A stretch of 64,000 bases of DNA from a phage. The notes beneath the pieces were generated by a model. The model saw only the letters and a list, made by a program, of their open reading frames with translations, searched no databases and was not told the origin of the DNA. Each line of letters starts with the position of its first letter. The stretch's first letter is position 1. This document shows, in pieces, positions 8,018 through 16,738 of the stretch. Location: the sequence record PZ386977.1, one strand, 5' to 3'. Position numbers and translations under genes: made by a program.

Positions 8018-9118
8018 TTACGCTGTGAAGATTTTATCCCACATCGCAACAACTGCATCTCGGTTATACTTCTTCCATACTGCTTCAGCACGTTTAACTC
8101 TAGCTTCGTATGTGTCAGTGAATTCTAATACAGCTTTTGTGTAAAGCGCAACTACTTCTTTCTTAGGAGTAGAGGAATCAATTTCTACACGCACAGTATC
8201 TGGGTCATATTCGAATGTCGCGTGCGGATAATCCTTAAAAACTAACTGAATCACAGGGACACCTTTAGAGATGGCTTCAATAGAACTATTCTCTACTGTA
8301 CCTGTGTCAGGACACGTATTGATAAGTGCTTTAGCTGTTTTAAGACGTTCCATGATTTCACTGTGTGGAGCATCAATAATAACAGGATATTTAGCTGGCG
8401 GTGCCCATTTACTAGGACAGTATCCTGCACCGTTTTCGCCTAGTGCTTTAATCGCTTCAAGAGCAACATCAGTACGACGCATCTTAGTGTCATAACGTTG
8501 AGCACTAATAATCAGATCAGTCGCTGGAAGAACTTCAGGTTTCTCATTCAAACAAATAACCGGATAATCTTCGGCTTCAAACAACGGATTTGCTCGCCAA
8601 TAATCATAATCAATTTTGTCAGTCAGACCTGAAGTCATATAACAATATTTGCGTTCAAATTCACGGAAGGCTTTAGTAGGAGCATAACTCTTGCCACCAT
8701 TCTTATGAATTTGAATAGTCTGGTCCCAAATTTGAACAATGCCACGAGATACCGGTTCAAATGGTGTTGCCATAAAATTCTTATGAACTTTAGAGAGACC
8801 TGCGTCTTTAATTGCCTGAACGGTTAGTTTGGTCGGTTCCATTGTAACAACGAAATCGTACTCATTGATGCCGGCTAGTTCAACAATCTTACGAGCCATA
8901 GTATAACTCATACCTAGACTGAATTTAGTCAGACGACCAACAGGATGATGATTAACCTTCCAGTCACCAAACGTGTCATTATCAAAGCCGATATAATCAA
9001 TATCAGCACCGATGGACACAAGATATTTCAACACATTTAAATGTACCGCTTCAAGACCACCTTGTACACGTTCTGGGTTAAATGGGACTGCGCGAGATGG
9101 GATAAACATAACTTTCAT
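8018..9118 (-). CDS. GT-B fold glycosyltransferase (GT4-like), candidate DNA hmC glycosyl/arabinosyl-transferase
   Basis: 366 aa; N-terminal MKVMFIPS...ERVQGGLEAVHLNVLKYL and C-terminal TGTVENSSIEAISKGVPVIQ resemble GT4 family motifs; occupies the rIIA-39 interval. Confidence 0.7.
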   Translation of the reverse strand: MKVMFIPSRAVPFNPERVQGGLEAVHLNVLKYLVSIGADIDYIGFDNDTFGDWKVNHHPVGRLTKFSLGMSYTMARKIVELAGINEYDFVVTMEPTKLTVQAIKDAGLSKVHKNFMATPFEPVSRGIVQIWDQTIQIHKNGGKSYAPTKAFREFERKYCYMTSGLTDKIDYDYWRANPLFEAEDYPVICLNEKPEVLPATDLIISAQRYDTKMRRTDVALEAIKALGENGAGYCPSKWAPPAKYPVIIDAPHSEIMERLKTAKALINTCPDTGTVENSSIEAISKGVPVIQLVFKDYPHATFEYDPDTVRVEIDSSTPKKEVVALYTKAVLEFTDTYEARVKRAEAVWKKYNRDAVVAMWDKIFTA

Positions 9119-9129
9119 AATTAAGCCTT

Positions 9130-9162
9130 ATTAAAATTAAAATGAAGCTCCCGAAGGAGCTT
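9130..9162 (-). terminator. rho-independent terminator after gene 39
   Basis: AAGCTCC-TTCG-GGAGCTT hairpin followed by CATTTTAATTTTAAT on minus strand. Confidence 0.55.
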
Positions 9163-10978
9163 AGGACATCCATTCTTTACGAAGTTCTGAATCATCACCC
9201 AACAACATTTCAAAGAGTTCTTTCCAATTTTCAGGAAGTTTAACTACGTCGTACACAGGGTTCTGAATCATTTCACGATACTCTGACTTTTCAAGGGAGC
9301 CTAATCCCTTGATGTATCGAATACTATGCTTAGGCAGCGTATCTTTAGCTTCTTCATACTCAGCTACAGTATAAAACCATTTTTGAGTTTTGCCAATTTG
9401 TGCAATAATTACAGGTGTTTTAACAAAGCGAATACGTCCTTGTTCAAACAATTCAGGCCAATTACTAAAGAAAGCAAGCAAAGCCGGATAGATACTTCCA
9501 AGGCCGTCATGATCGGCATCGGTCATAATTGCAATATTACGATAGTTCGTATTCTCTGCCTTTTCACCAAGAATAAGACCTGTGATAGCACAGATATCGA
9601 ATAACTCTTTGTTCTTCATCATATCAGCATATGACATACCCCAGCTATTCATCACCTTACCACGTAATGGGAATCCACCGTGTAGTTCACGGTCACGAAC
9701 ATCAATGAGATATCCAATCGCCGAATCACCTTCTGTTAAGAACAATGTCGTATCTGCATCTTTACCACATTGGTTAGCTTTAATATGCTTATGAACCTTA
9801 GCTTTAGTTGCCTTTTTAGCTGCTTTAGTTTCTGCAGCCTTTTCTGCTGCCAATTTACGAGCTAATGCTGCTTCAACAATAGGCATAATCAAAGCTTCGT
9901 TTTTAAGAAGTGCCTGAGCAATTTTCTTAGCATCTAATTGGATATGATTACGAATATCACCATACGTTGACGTTAAACGTTCTTTAGTCTGAGAATCAAA
10001 ACGCATGTTGCTCATGTCTCTAATAAACATCAACATTGTGAGGCATTCTTTAACACGAGCTTTAGTGACTTCAATACCCTTATATTTCTTTTTAATACCA
10101 GGCAAAAGATGTTCGCAGATATCGTCCATTACACATTCAACATGATGTCCACCATTTTTAGTATGGATGTTATTCACATAAGTTAAATGACGGAAGCCAT
10201 CTGGTGATGTTGTGAATGCTATAGAGACTTTATCATTTTCTTGAATGATATTATCTTCACCAAATTGTTTAGCAAATCGTTTAAAATTACCATCAACCTT
10301 TTTACCATTAAATGTGAACTTGATATCAGGATAAACGACTGCCAATGTTTGAAGTCGGTCTAAAGTAATATCTAAATAAATTTGAGATAAATTATGCTCT
10401 TCAAATGAAGTGAAATCAGGAGTGAAGATTACTTTAGTGCCTTTACCTTTAGATTTCTTAGAAGACCATGATTTGTTTTCCATTCCGTTTGAACAGTTAA
10501 CAGTGATTTCATTTTCGCCATCTGACGTGATGCCTGTAAACAACGTAGAGAAGATATTAGTTAAACTACTCCCGACGCCGTTCATACCACCAGTCTTGCG
10601 TTCAGAGTCATCACCAAAGTTACCACCGGCTTTTGGAATAGTCCAGGCTGCTACAGGTCCAGGAATTTGTTCACCCGTTTGGTCGGTAACTAAACCTTGA
10701 GGAATACCGCGTCCGTTATCTTCCACCGAAACTTGGTTATTTTTAATTTGCACATCAATTTTATTTGCAAACTTAAATGATGTACGAATAGCTTCATCAA
10801 CCGAGTTGTCAATAATCTCATCGATTAATTTAACCAGACCTGGAACATATTCAACTTGTTGATATTTACCAAACAAAAAACGCTCATGGGCTTCTTTGGC
10901 CGAAGAACCAATATACATGCCACTACGTTTCTTAATATGTTCTACATCTGACAATACCTTAATTTCATTTTTAATCAT
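9161..10978 (-). CDS. 39: DNA topoisomerase II large subunit (GyrB-like ATPase), single uninterrupted ORF covering T4 genes 39 and 60
   Basis: 605 aa; N-terminus MIKNEIKVLSDVEHIKKRSGMYIGSS and GHKL ATPase motifs (VEDNGRGIP); continuous frame with no bypass-like gap. Confidence 0.9.
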   Translation of the reverse strand: MIKNEIKVLSDVEHIKKRSGMYIGSSAKEAHERFLFGKYQQVEYVPGLVKLIDEIIDNSVDEAIRTSFKFANKIDVQIKNNQVSVEDNGRGIPQGLVTDQTGEQIPGPVAAWTIPKAGGNFGDDSERKTGGMNGVGSSLTNIFSTLFTGITSDGENEITVNCSNGMENKSWSSKKSKGKGTKVIFTPDFTSFEEHNLSQIYLDITLDRLQTLAVVYPDIKFTFNGKKVDGNFKRFAKQFGEDNIIQENDKVSIAFTTSPDGFRHLTYVNNIHTKNGGHHVECVMDDICEHLLPGIKKKYKGIEVTKARVKECLTMLMFIRDMSNMRFDSQTKERLTSTYGDIRNHIQLDAKKIAQALLKNEALIMPIVEAALARKLAAEKAAETKAAKKATKAKVHKHIKANQCGKDADTTLFLTEGDSAIGYLIDVRDRELHGGFPLRGKVMNSWGMSYADMMKNKELFDICAITGLILGEKAENTNYRNIAIMTDADHDGLGSIYPALLAFFSNWPELFEQGRIRFVKTPVIIAQIGKTQKWFYTVAEYEEAKDTLPKHSIRYIKGLGSLEKSEYREMIQNPVYDVVKLPENWKELFEMLLGDDSELRKEWMS

Positions 10979-11021
10979 GTTGTCTCCTCGTTATGAAGGT
11001 ATTCTATCATCTGAAATCTAA

Positions 11022-11042
11022 AGCAAAAAGGGCCGAAGCCCT
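11022..11042 (-). terminator. rho-independent terminator
   Basis: AGGGC-TTCG-GCCCT hairpin followed by TTTTTGCTTT on minus strand. Confidence 0.6.
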
Positions 11043-11464
11043 TATTTAAATTTAATTTTCTGAAGTGCATCAATTGCAGCCAAACGCCCTTGTTCACTTT
11101 TAACTTTAATGACCACATCGCCTGATACGATCACCGAACCATCAACAAATTCTATAGAGCCTTTTTTGAAATCGACAGATGTATCTGGTTCCGGAACTTC
11201 TTCAAAGAATTTAAATTCTGCACCATAAATCAGAATATCACCTTGCATACTAATGATTGTACGTCCAGGTCCATCGGTTTCAGCGGCAATCATTGAAACA
11301 CCGTAACCAATCATCTCTTCTACAATAAAATCTCTTGATAATAAAACTGTATGCAGAGTAGTGTTAAGACGTTTACCAGTTGTATTAAGAATTCTCAAGA
11401 AATTATCTTCTTGACCTTTGATAATACGATATTTCTTACCAACTTCAAAACCTTTAAAAGCCAT
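11042..11464 (-). CDS. hypothetical protein (140 aa), goF position
   Basis: ATG ORF downstream of gene 39; size matches T4 GoF (positional inference only). Confidence 0.45.
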   Translation of the reverse strand: MAFKGFEVGKKYRIIKGQEDNFLRILNTTGKRLNTTLHTVLLSRDFIVEEMIGYGVSMIAAETDGPGRTIISMQGDILIYGAEFKFFEEVPEPDTSVDFKKGSIEFVDGSVIVSGDVVIKVKSEQGRLAAIDALQKIKFK

Positions 11465-11466
11465 AA

Positions 11467-11646
11467 TTAACCCTTTTTAAGTAAGTCGTAAAAACCACCG
11501 TTCACATGTTTAGGAGCAGAAACCCGACGAGTAGACAGACGATGACATTCAGGGCAAACATCGTTTTCTCGTTCAGAAATCCTTTTAATTTTTTCATATT
11601 CATGACCACAATCTTCAGATTGGCATTTATAGTCGTATAACGGCAT
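11467..11646 (-). CDS. small zinc-ribbon protein (about 59 aa, CxxC...CxxC)
   Basis: MPLYDYKCQSEDCGHEYEKIKRISERENDVCPECHRL; FmdB-like putative regulatory zinc ribbon; below ORF-track cutoff. Confidence 0.5.
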   Translation of the reverse strand: MPLYDYKCQSEDCGHEYEKIKRISERENDVCPECHRLSTRRVSAPKHVNGGFYDLLKKG

Positions 11647-11648
11647 TA

Positions 11649-12053
11649 TTATTCCTTAAAATGTGCTTTCAACATTTGATACAAAGACCATGCCTGGTCG
11701 TTATTTTCGATAGTAACTTTCATTACTGGGAATTCTGTGAAATCTTCTATCTGTTCTTGCTCTTCAGAAGCTTGGTATGGATTTTCCACTTCATCAAAGA
11801 ACTCGGCTTCATTCGTGGAGAGCCAGATAAAGTTTTCATCAAGGATATCACCGCCTGTTGCGTATCCAACCATGCCAGTAGATGTCACAATTTTAGTAGG
11901 ACGACCAAGATGGTCAACATCTAATACTTTAAATGGTTCCATGCCAAGACGTCGTGCGTAAATCCCATTATCAGTGTGGTTTTTAATAAACTCTTCTTGG
12001 GCACGTTTATCTTTAAATTTGTACCATGAGTTAACGCGGAATTTATTAGCCAT
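11649..12053 (-). CDS. hypothetical protein (start trimmed to MANKFRV)
   Basis: ORF 11649..12071; internal ATG removes overlap with upstream gene. Confidence 0.45.
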   Translation of the reverse strand: MANKFRVNSWYKFKDKRAQEEFIKNHTDNGIYARRLGMEPFKVLDVDHLGRPTKIVTSTGMVGYATGGDILDENFIWLSTNEAEFFDEVENPYQASEEQEQIEDFTEFPVMKVTIENNDQAWSLYQMLKAHFKE

Positions 12054-12280
12054 TAGTAAGTTTCCTTCCAATAAGTTGTACCGTTTTCAGTGATTTCACG
12101 GAAGATACCATAGATAGGCATTTCATCACCGAGTTTTTCGTAAACGTAAACCACTTCGGTGTAGCATAAAAATTCAGTCCAGTTTTTCTGTACAACAACT
12201 AAATCAGGATTAAACAGAACATCTTCAAACTCATCGATGTTTGAATCAGTAGTTACGTTTTTAATGATTTGACGTTTCAT
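12053..12280 (-). CDS. hypothetical protein (about 75 aa, start trimmed)
   Basis: first ATG of ORF 12053..12325 lies inside the promoter; downstream ATG (MKRQII) has AAGAGGAG RBS. Confidence 0.45.
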   Translation of the reverse strand: MKRQIIKNVTTDSNIDEFEDVLFNPDLVVVQKNWTEFLCYTEVVYVYEKLGDEMPIYGIFREITENGTTYWKETY

Positions 12281-12303
12281 AATATTCTCCTCTTGTTTTG
12301 ATA

Positions 12304-12336
12304 GGTCTATAGTATCATAGACCATAGTTGTTGTAC
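12304..12336 (-). promoter_or_regulatory. early promoter with GGTCTAT/ATAGACC inverted repeat (PeSL-like)
   Basis: minus strand ATGTAC-18-TACTAT; 7-bp arms flank the -10. Confidence 0.5.
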
Positions 12337-12337
12337 A

Positions 12338-12862
12338 TCATTTTAGCAAAATAAAATCAACTTGTTCTGCCAATGAACGTCTAAACATTAATTGACAACT
12401 TCCGAGGATGAAATCAGGTGCTTCATAGACCGCGATGTAGTATCCTTTAGCTTTCAAGAGTTCAACATCCACCTGGTCATCAAACCATGCATAAACCGCG
12501 TCAACACTTTCAAATCCAAAATAGAACCCTTGAGCCCAATCTTCGTTCAATTCAAATGTGTGCTCAATTCTATAGTATCTTAAGATATTTTGTTCAAGGA
12601 GTTTGTCTTCATTTACTGTAGGACGATTAGGGACATTATAGTTGTCGCCGTGATGGTAGAAGTTACCTGAGAGTATTCCATGCTTATCAAGGAACTCCCA
12701 TGTTTCTTCAGAGTTGTCGGTGCCCGACCAACCGTAAGGTGAGCGAGGTTCTTTATTCCAGGAGATTTCCCAAATTCTGACGGCTTTACCATCTTCGATA
12801 GCAACTCCTGGTAAAGATTCACGTTGAGTACAAAAACTACGTTCTACGCGGTAAACTAACAT
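12338..12862 (-). CDS. hypothetical protein (174 aa)
   Basis: ATG ORF; its GAGGAGA RBS lies in one arm of a 12-bp inverted repeat. Confidence 0.5.
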   Translation of the reverse strand: MLVYRVERSFCTQRESLPGVAIEDGKAVRIWEISWNKEPRSPYGWSGTDNSEETWEFLDKHGILSGNFYHHGDNYNVPNRPTVNEDKLLEQNILRYYRIEHTFELNEDWAQGFYFGFESVDAVYAWFDDQVDVELLKAKGYYIAVYEAPDFILGSCQLMFRRSLAEQVDFILLK

Positions 12863-12866
12863 ATTA

Positions 12867-12917
12867 TTCTCCTCTAGTCGATAGATTTATAGTATCAAAA
12901 CTAGAGGAGAAGTAAAC
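12867..12917 (-). promoter_or_regulatory. early promoter (GTTTAC-17-TACTAT) embedded in perfect 12-bp inverted repeat that includes the RBS
   Basis: TTCTCCTCTAGT ... ACTAGAGGAGAA; the promoter-distal arm contains the Shine-Dalgarno of ORF 12338..12862. Confidence 0.6.
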
Positions 12918-12921
12918 AACT

Positions 12922-13341
12922 TTATGCAAAAGATGCTGGACAATATTTTTTGATTTGGAACTCAGGAACTACCATGAACTGCCCGGCAAAAACAATGTTA
13001 TAAAGCTTGACACCATCTTCTACCCATTGGTCACTAATAAATCCGGCGATTTGCTTAGTTTTCCATGGCGTTCCATCAGTTGCAGCAGCAATAGTAAATT
13101 CATGGTCTTTTACAACTAAAACAGACCTGCACAGTTTCCATTTGAACGCTTTTTCTTCTGGTTCAATGAATTGGCTTTTAACGTAACCAATGTTGCCATC
13201 AGCATCACGAACTTTAACTTCATTGCGACCAAAAACCGGATCACTTACATAAAGAACTTCAACCAACTTACCAGCGACTTTAGAGCGAGAAGCATCTGAT
13301 ACGTGTACATAATCACCAATAGAGAGATTTGCAATATTCAT
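12922..13341 (-). CDS. hypothetical protein, tandem paralog 1 (139 aa)
   Basis: shares SxASRSKxAGxLVEV N-terminal and DQWVEDGxKLYNIVFxGxFxVV C-terminal motifs with the next ORF. Confidence 0.55.
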   Translation of the reverse strand: MNIANLSIGDYVHVSDASRSKVAGKLVEVLYVSDPVFGRNEVKVRDADGNIGYVKSQFIEPEEKAFKWKLCRSVLVVKDHEFTIAAATDGTPWKTKQIAGFISDQWVEDGVKLYNIVFAGQFMVVPEFQIKKYCPASFA

Positions 13342-13350
13342 AATAATTCC

Positions 13351-13806
13351 TTAAGCTTTACGAGGAGACACATAGCGAGTGATTTCAGATTCTTTAACAA
13401 CTCGGAAGTCACCTAAGAATACGATATTGTATAACTTTTCACCATCTTCAACCCATTGGTCACTAATGAAGCCGCACATAATATCAGTTTTGTTTGGATA
13501 ACCGTATTCATCGATGAAGTCAAATTCTTTATCAGTCTGGAATTCAACACCTTTGCAAAGGGCCCATTTGAACTGTACATTGGGTTCAGTAGAAGCAAAA
13601 TGAGCGCTCACATGAGTTTCCAAGAATTTAGGACTTACGTAAGCGTACTGAGTTTCAGTTTTTCCAGAACTAGGAATGATTCGAACTTTAACTTCTTTAA
13701 CACGACCAGTACCATTAGTACGAAGTCCGACAACTTCAACCAGACGACCTGCAGCTTTAGAACGAGATGCAGACGATACACGCTTAATTTCACCAATAGT
13801 AATCAT
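13351..13806 (-). CDS. hypothetical protein, tandem paralog 2 (about 151 aa, start trimmed)
   Basis: full-length similarity to paralog 1; first in-frame ATG lies in the promoter; MITIGEIKRV start has GAGAGAGA RBS. Confidence 0.55.
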   Translation of the reverse strand: MITIGEIKRVSSASRSKAAGRLVEVVGLRTNGTGRVKEVKVRIIPSSGKTETQYAYVSPKFLETHVSAHFASTEPNVQFKWALCKGVEFQTDKEFDFIDEYGYPNKTDIMCGFISDQWVEDGEKLYNIVFLGDFRVVKESEITRYVSPRKA

Positions 13807-13836
13807 AATTTCTCTCTCTTTGTTTAAGTTGAATTC

Positions 13837-13864
13837 ATTATACTCCATCCGTCCTTGGATGTAC
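13837..13864 (-). promoter_or_regulatory. early promoter (GTACAT-16-TATAAT) with spacer hairpin
   Basis: variant of the TATACTCCAACCATCCTTGGTTGTAAAC cassette. Confidence 0.5.
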
Positions 13865-13868
13865 AACA

Positions 13869-14363
13869 TTAATTAAGGATATTAACCACAGCACTACGTG
13901 GAACTACACTAAAATCACCTGCATGAACAACGTTCAGAAGTTCAACACCGTCTTCAATCCATTGGTCAGTTACCCATCCATTTACTGGACCGGCGAATGG
14001 GCGTCGAATTGAAACATATTTACACAACAAATCAGTAGGCTCAATAGGCTTAATCAGAGTACCGTACATACAAGCGATGTCCATATCAAAGTGGAGACCA
14101 TCTTTAACAGGTGCTTCTTCAATCAACAGTTCAAAGTCGGTGCTTGGAAGGGCGGTAGTAGAAATTGTACCGTATGAATTTTTAATTTCTAAGAATAACC
14201 AAGGGCCTTCAACTTGTTTGATGAAGTTAACAATAGTGAAACTATTACCTTGAGTGGCACCTAAAATTTCACAAAACTTTTCATAAGCTCGCACTGAAGC
14301 ACCATACCAGTTGATTTGTTTTTCATCTTTCAGGATGTAAGTAGCCGTAGTATTGATATTCAT
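13869..14363 (-). CDS. hypothetical protein, paralog 3 (about 164 aa, start trimmed)
   Basis: C-terminal WVTDQWIEDGVELLNVVHAGDFSVV module shared with paralogs 1 and 2. Confidence 0.5.
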   Translation of the reverse strand: MNINTTATYILKDEKQINWYGASVRAYEKFCEILGATQGNSFTIVNFIKQVEGPWLFLEIKNSYGTISTTALPSTDFELLIEEAPVKDGLHFDMDIACMYGTLIKPIEPTDLLCKYVSIRRPFAGPVNGWVTDQWIEDGVELLNVVHAGDFSVVPRSAVVNILN

Positions 14364-14393
14364 AATGTTTTCCTGTTTGGTTAAAATAGAAAG

Positions 14394-14423
14394 ATTATAC
14401 TCCAACCATCCTTGGTTGTAAAC
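14394..14423 (-). promoter_or_regulatory. early promoter GTTTAC-18-TATAAT with CAACCA/TGGTTG spacer hairpin
   Basis: minus strand GTTTACAACCAAGGATGGTTGGAGTATAAT; same cassette at 57117-57146 and 58137-58166. Confidence 0.6.
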
Positions 14424-14427
14424 TGGT

Positions 14428-15105
14428 TTATCGCTGTTTTACACTTAACGGGTCAGGATTCTCAGGGACATCTTCAAGGCCAAGCGCATAACGCTGAGCA
14501 TATTTTAACATCAAAATATCTTTAGCACAATCGTGAATACTATCATGGGCAACGAATCCTTTTAGCGTACCCATCGGTAATGGACACATACTTAATCCTC
14601 GTGTCAACGAGTAAGCTTCGATTGCCGTACGAATATCACGTTGAGCCCAGAATTTAACAGGTTCTAATTTATCGGTATCAATATCTGGTTCAAGAACACC
14701 TTCATCACGATAGAGGTCACGAATCAAATCGACCAAGATCGGGAAGTCAAAGCTCATACCACGGCACCACATCTGTGATTTCCATTGGTCAACTTTATTA
14801 GCTCGACAATAATCTAAAAAGATTTTAATGCCTTCAAGCGTAGTGACATCGTCTTCAGACGGGGCCAGGTTTTTACGTGCTTCTGCTGATTGTTCTTTCC
14901 ACCATTTCATAGTGGATTTAGCGAAAACTCGCTTCCCTTTTTGAGAAGCTAAATTAAATTTAATTCGCTTACCTCGTTGAACAAGTTCTTCAAATGTTTC
15001 AACAACTTCAGGGTCCGAATTATATGCAATAACCGCAAGGTCAATAACAGCAGCTTTTGACGTATTGCCGAATGTTTCAAAATCTATAATAACATCAGTG
15101 CTCAT
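14428..15105 (-). CDS. dexA: exonuclease A (3'-5' DEDD-type oligonucleotide exonuclease)
   Basis: 225 aa; N-terminal DFETFG motif; size and position next to dda match T4 DexA. Confidence 0.75.
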   Translation of the reverse strand: MSTDVIIDFETFGNTSKAAVIDLAVIAYNSDPEVVETFEELVQRGKRIKFNLASQKGKRVFAKSTMKWWKEQSAEARKNLAPSEDDVTTLEGIKIFLDYCRANKVDQWKSQMWCRGMSFDFPILVDLIRDLYRDEGVLEPDIDTDKLEPVKFWAQRDIRTAIEAYSLTRGLSMCPLPMGTLKGFVAHDSIHDCAKDILMLKYAQRYALGLEDVPENPDPLSVKQR

Positions 15106-15114
15106 AATTTTCTC

Positions 15115-16428
15115 TCAAATAAAATGGACGTCAAAACGACCACGAGTTGTGCCGACATACAATAACTGTTTAGCTAATTCTGAATCGGCATAATGGATAC
15201 ACGGTGTATAAACAAAGGCCGTGTCAACAGACATACCCTGGGCCTTATGGAAGGTTGATACTGGTAGTGCCTTCACCTTAGTGAACATACGTTTAGCATC
15301 CCAGAATTCACTCCATGGAGCTTTACCACCTTTATTCCAGAATTTGTATGTTTCTGCGGTCTTAGCCAAAAACAAATTGAATTTATAAAGCTCTTCTTCA
15401 GAAGAAATAACCTTTATATCTTCGCGGACGTATTCTTCATCATCGCCATATGTTTCTACTGTAAGATTCCAGTATCGTATCATATATTCGCCTGAAACAC
15501 CACGTGCTTTAACGAATGTAGACGTTTCTACAGCGTCTCGAATACGAACGAACTGCCCGTTATTGAAAAGCATTTCGGTCATATTTTTGCCATCTAGCTT
15601 ATACGTCTTGGTAAACGGCTCTTGTAGAACAATGACTTCATCTTTAATAAATGGCTTTTCTGTTTCGAGAAGTTTTCGGCGAATAATTGAATTCAACTTA
15701 TCTACTGACTTATTTGTGAATGCCATCATTCGATTTTCGAAAAGGTCTTCAGGAGTTTTAACGACATTAAAATAGTTCATCATATACGATTTAAGGTCTG
15801 TATATCCATGAACACCGTGCCCATCAACTACTTTATCATAAATCCATTTGCCATTACGAATATCAGTCGCAACATCAATAATTGGCGCATTGCTACGTTT
15901 AACTTCTGTAAGGTTGCATTGCACGAAGTCTTTGTGAGTGAAGAAAGGACTTAGATACGCAGTGGATTCGCCTGGGTCTACAGGTCTAATCTGACATCGG
16001 TCGCCAATTCCAATTACTGTGCACCATTTAGGGATACTAGCTAACATTATTTTAAACAGAGAACGGTCGCACATTGACGCTTCATCAAATAACAGTACAC
16101 GGCACAAGGCTAAGTCGGGAACCTTTTTCTGTTCAAATAATACGTTTTCTTCGTATGTAGTTGGGTTGATTTTAAGAATGCTATGAATAGTCGATGCTTC
16201 TTGACCTGCAAGTTTGCTTAGAACCTTTTTAGCAGCATGTGTAGGGGCTGCTAAAATAATACCTGATTCTCCAGAAGAAATAAGGGCTTCAACGATGAAT
16301 CTAGTAAGGGTCGTTTTACCTGTACCAGCAGGTCCATTAATAGTTACGTGATGTTTCTTTTCTTTAATAGCTTTCATAACAACGTTGAAGGCGTTTTTCT
16401 GGCCTTCAGTCAAATCATCAAATGTCAT
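15115..16428 (-). CDS. dda: Dda DNA helicase (SF1B)
   Basis: 437 aa; Walker A GPAGTGKTT near N-terminus; size and synteny with T4 Dda. Confidence 0.85.
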   Translation of the reverse strand: MTFDDLTEGQKNAFNVVMKAIKEKKHHVTINGPAGTGKTTLTRFIVEALISSGESGIILAAPTHAAKKVLSKLAGQEASTIHSILKINPTTYEENVLFEQKKVPDLALCRVLLFDEASMCDRSLFKIMLASIPKWCTVIGIGDRCQIRPVDPGESTAYLSPFFTHKDFVQCNLTEVKRSNAPIIDVATDIRNGKWIYDKVVDGHGVHGYTDLKSYMMNYFNVVKTPEDLFENRMMAFTNKSVDKLNSIIRRKLLETEKPFIKDEVIVLQEPFTKTYKLDGKNMTEMLFNNGQFVRIRDAVETSTFVKARGVSGEYMIRYWNLTVETYGDDEEYVREDIKVISSEEELYKFNLFLAKTAETYKFWNKGGKAPWSEFWDAKRMFTKVKALPVSTFHKAQGMSVDTAFVYTPCIHYADSELAKQLLYVGTTRGRFDVHFI

Positions 16429-16736
16429 CGTAAAGTCCCTGCAATTGGAATACTAACAATACGGCCAGTATCTAGAATTCGTTGATATAATCTTTGCGTC
16501 TCCGCATCTAGTTTAACGTGTTTCATTTCAAGCTTATTAAACCAGAACTTACGCGGAGTTTCGACCATTCTTAGAACTCCCATTTTTAAATCTGTTTTAT
16601 ACTGTGTTTTCAAAGTATCGAAAACTTTATCTGCAATATCCTTTCTAAAAAATACTGCAGGACGATGCTCATCAAGTGGAACCGGGACAGTAAATCCTTC
16701 CATATCTCGATAAACTATTGCATATACATAAACCAT
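16425..16736 (-). CDS. hypothetical protein (103 aa), dda.1 position
   Basis: ORF between dda and srd; stop overlaps dda start. Confidence 0.5.
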   Translation of the reverse strand: MVYVYAIVYRDMEGFTVPVPLDEHRPAVFFRKDIADKVFDTLKTQYKTDLKMGVLRMVETPRKFWFNKLEMKHVKLDAETQRLYQRILDTGRIVSIPIAGTLR

Positions 16737-16738
16737 AA

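Noticed and set aside
9161-10978. Translational bypass (gene 60-type coding gap) in the topoisomerase large subunit
   Set aside because: The frame is continuous from GyrB-like N-terminus to C-terminus and no take-off/landing codon pair with intervening stop was seen.
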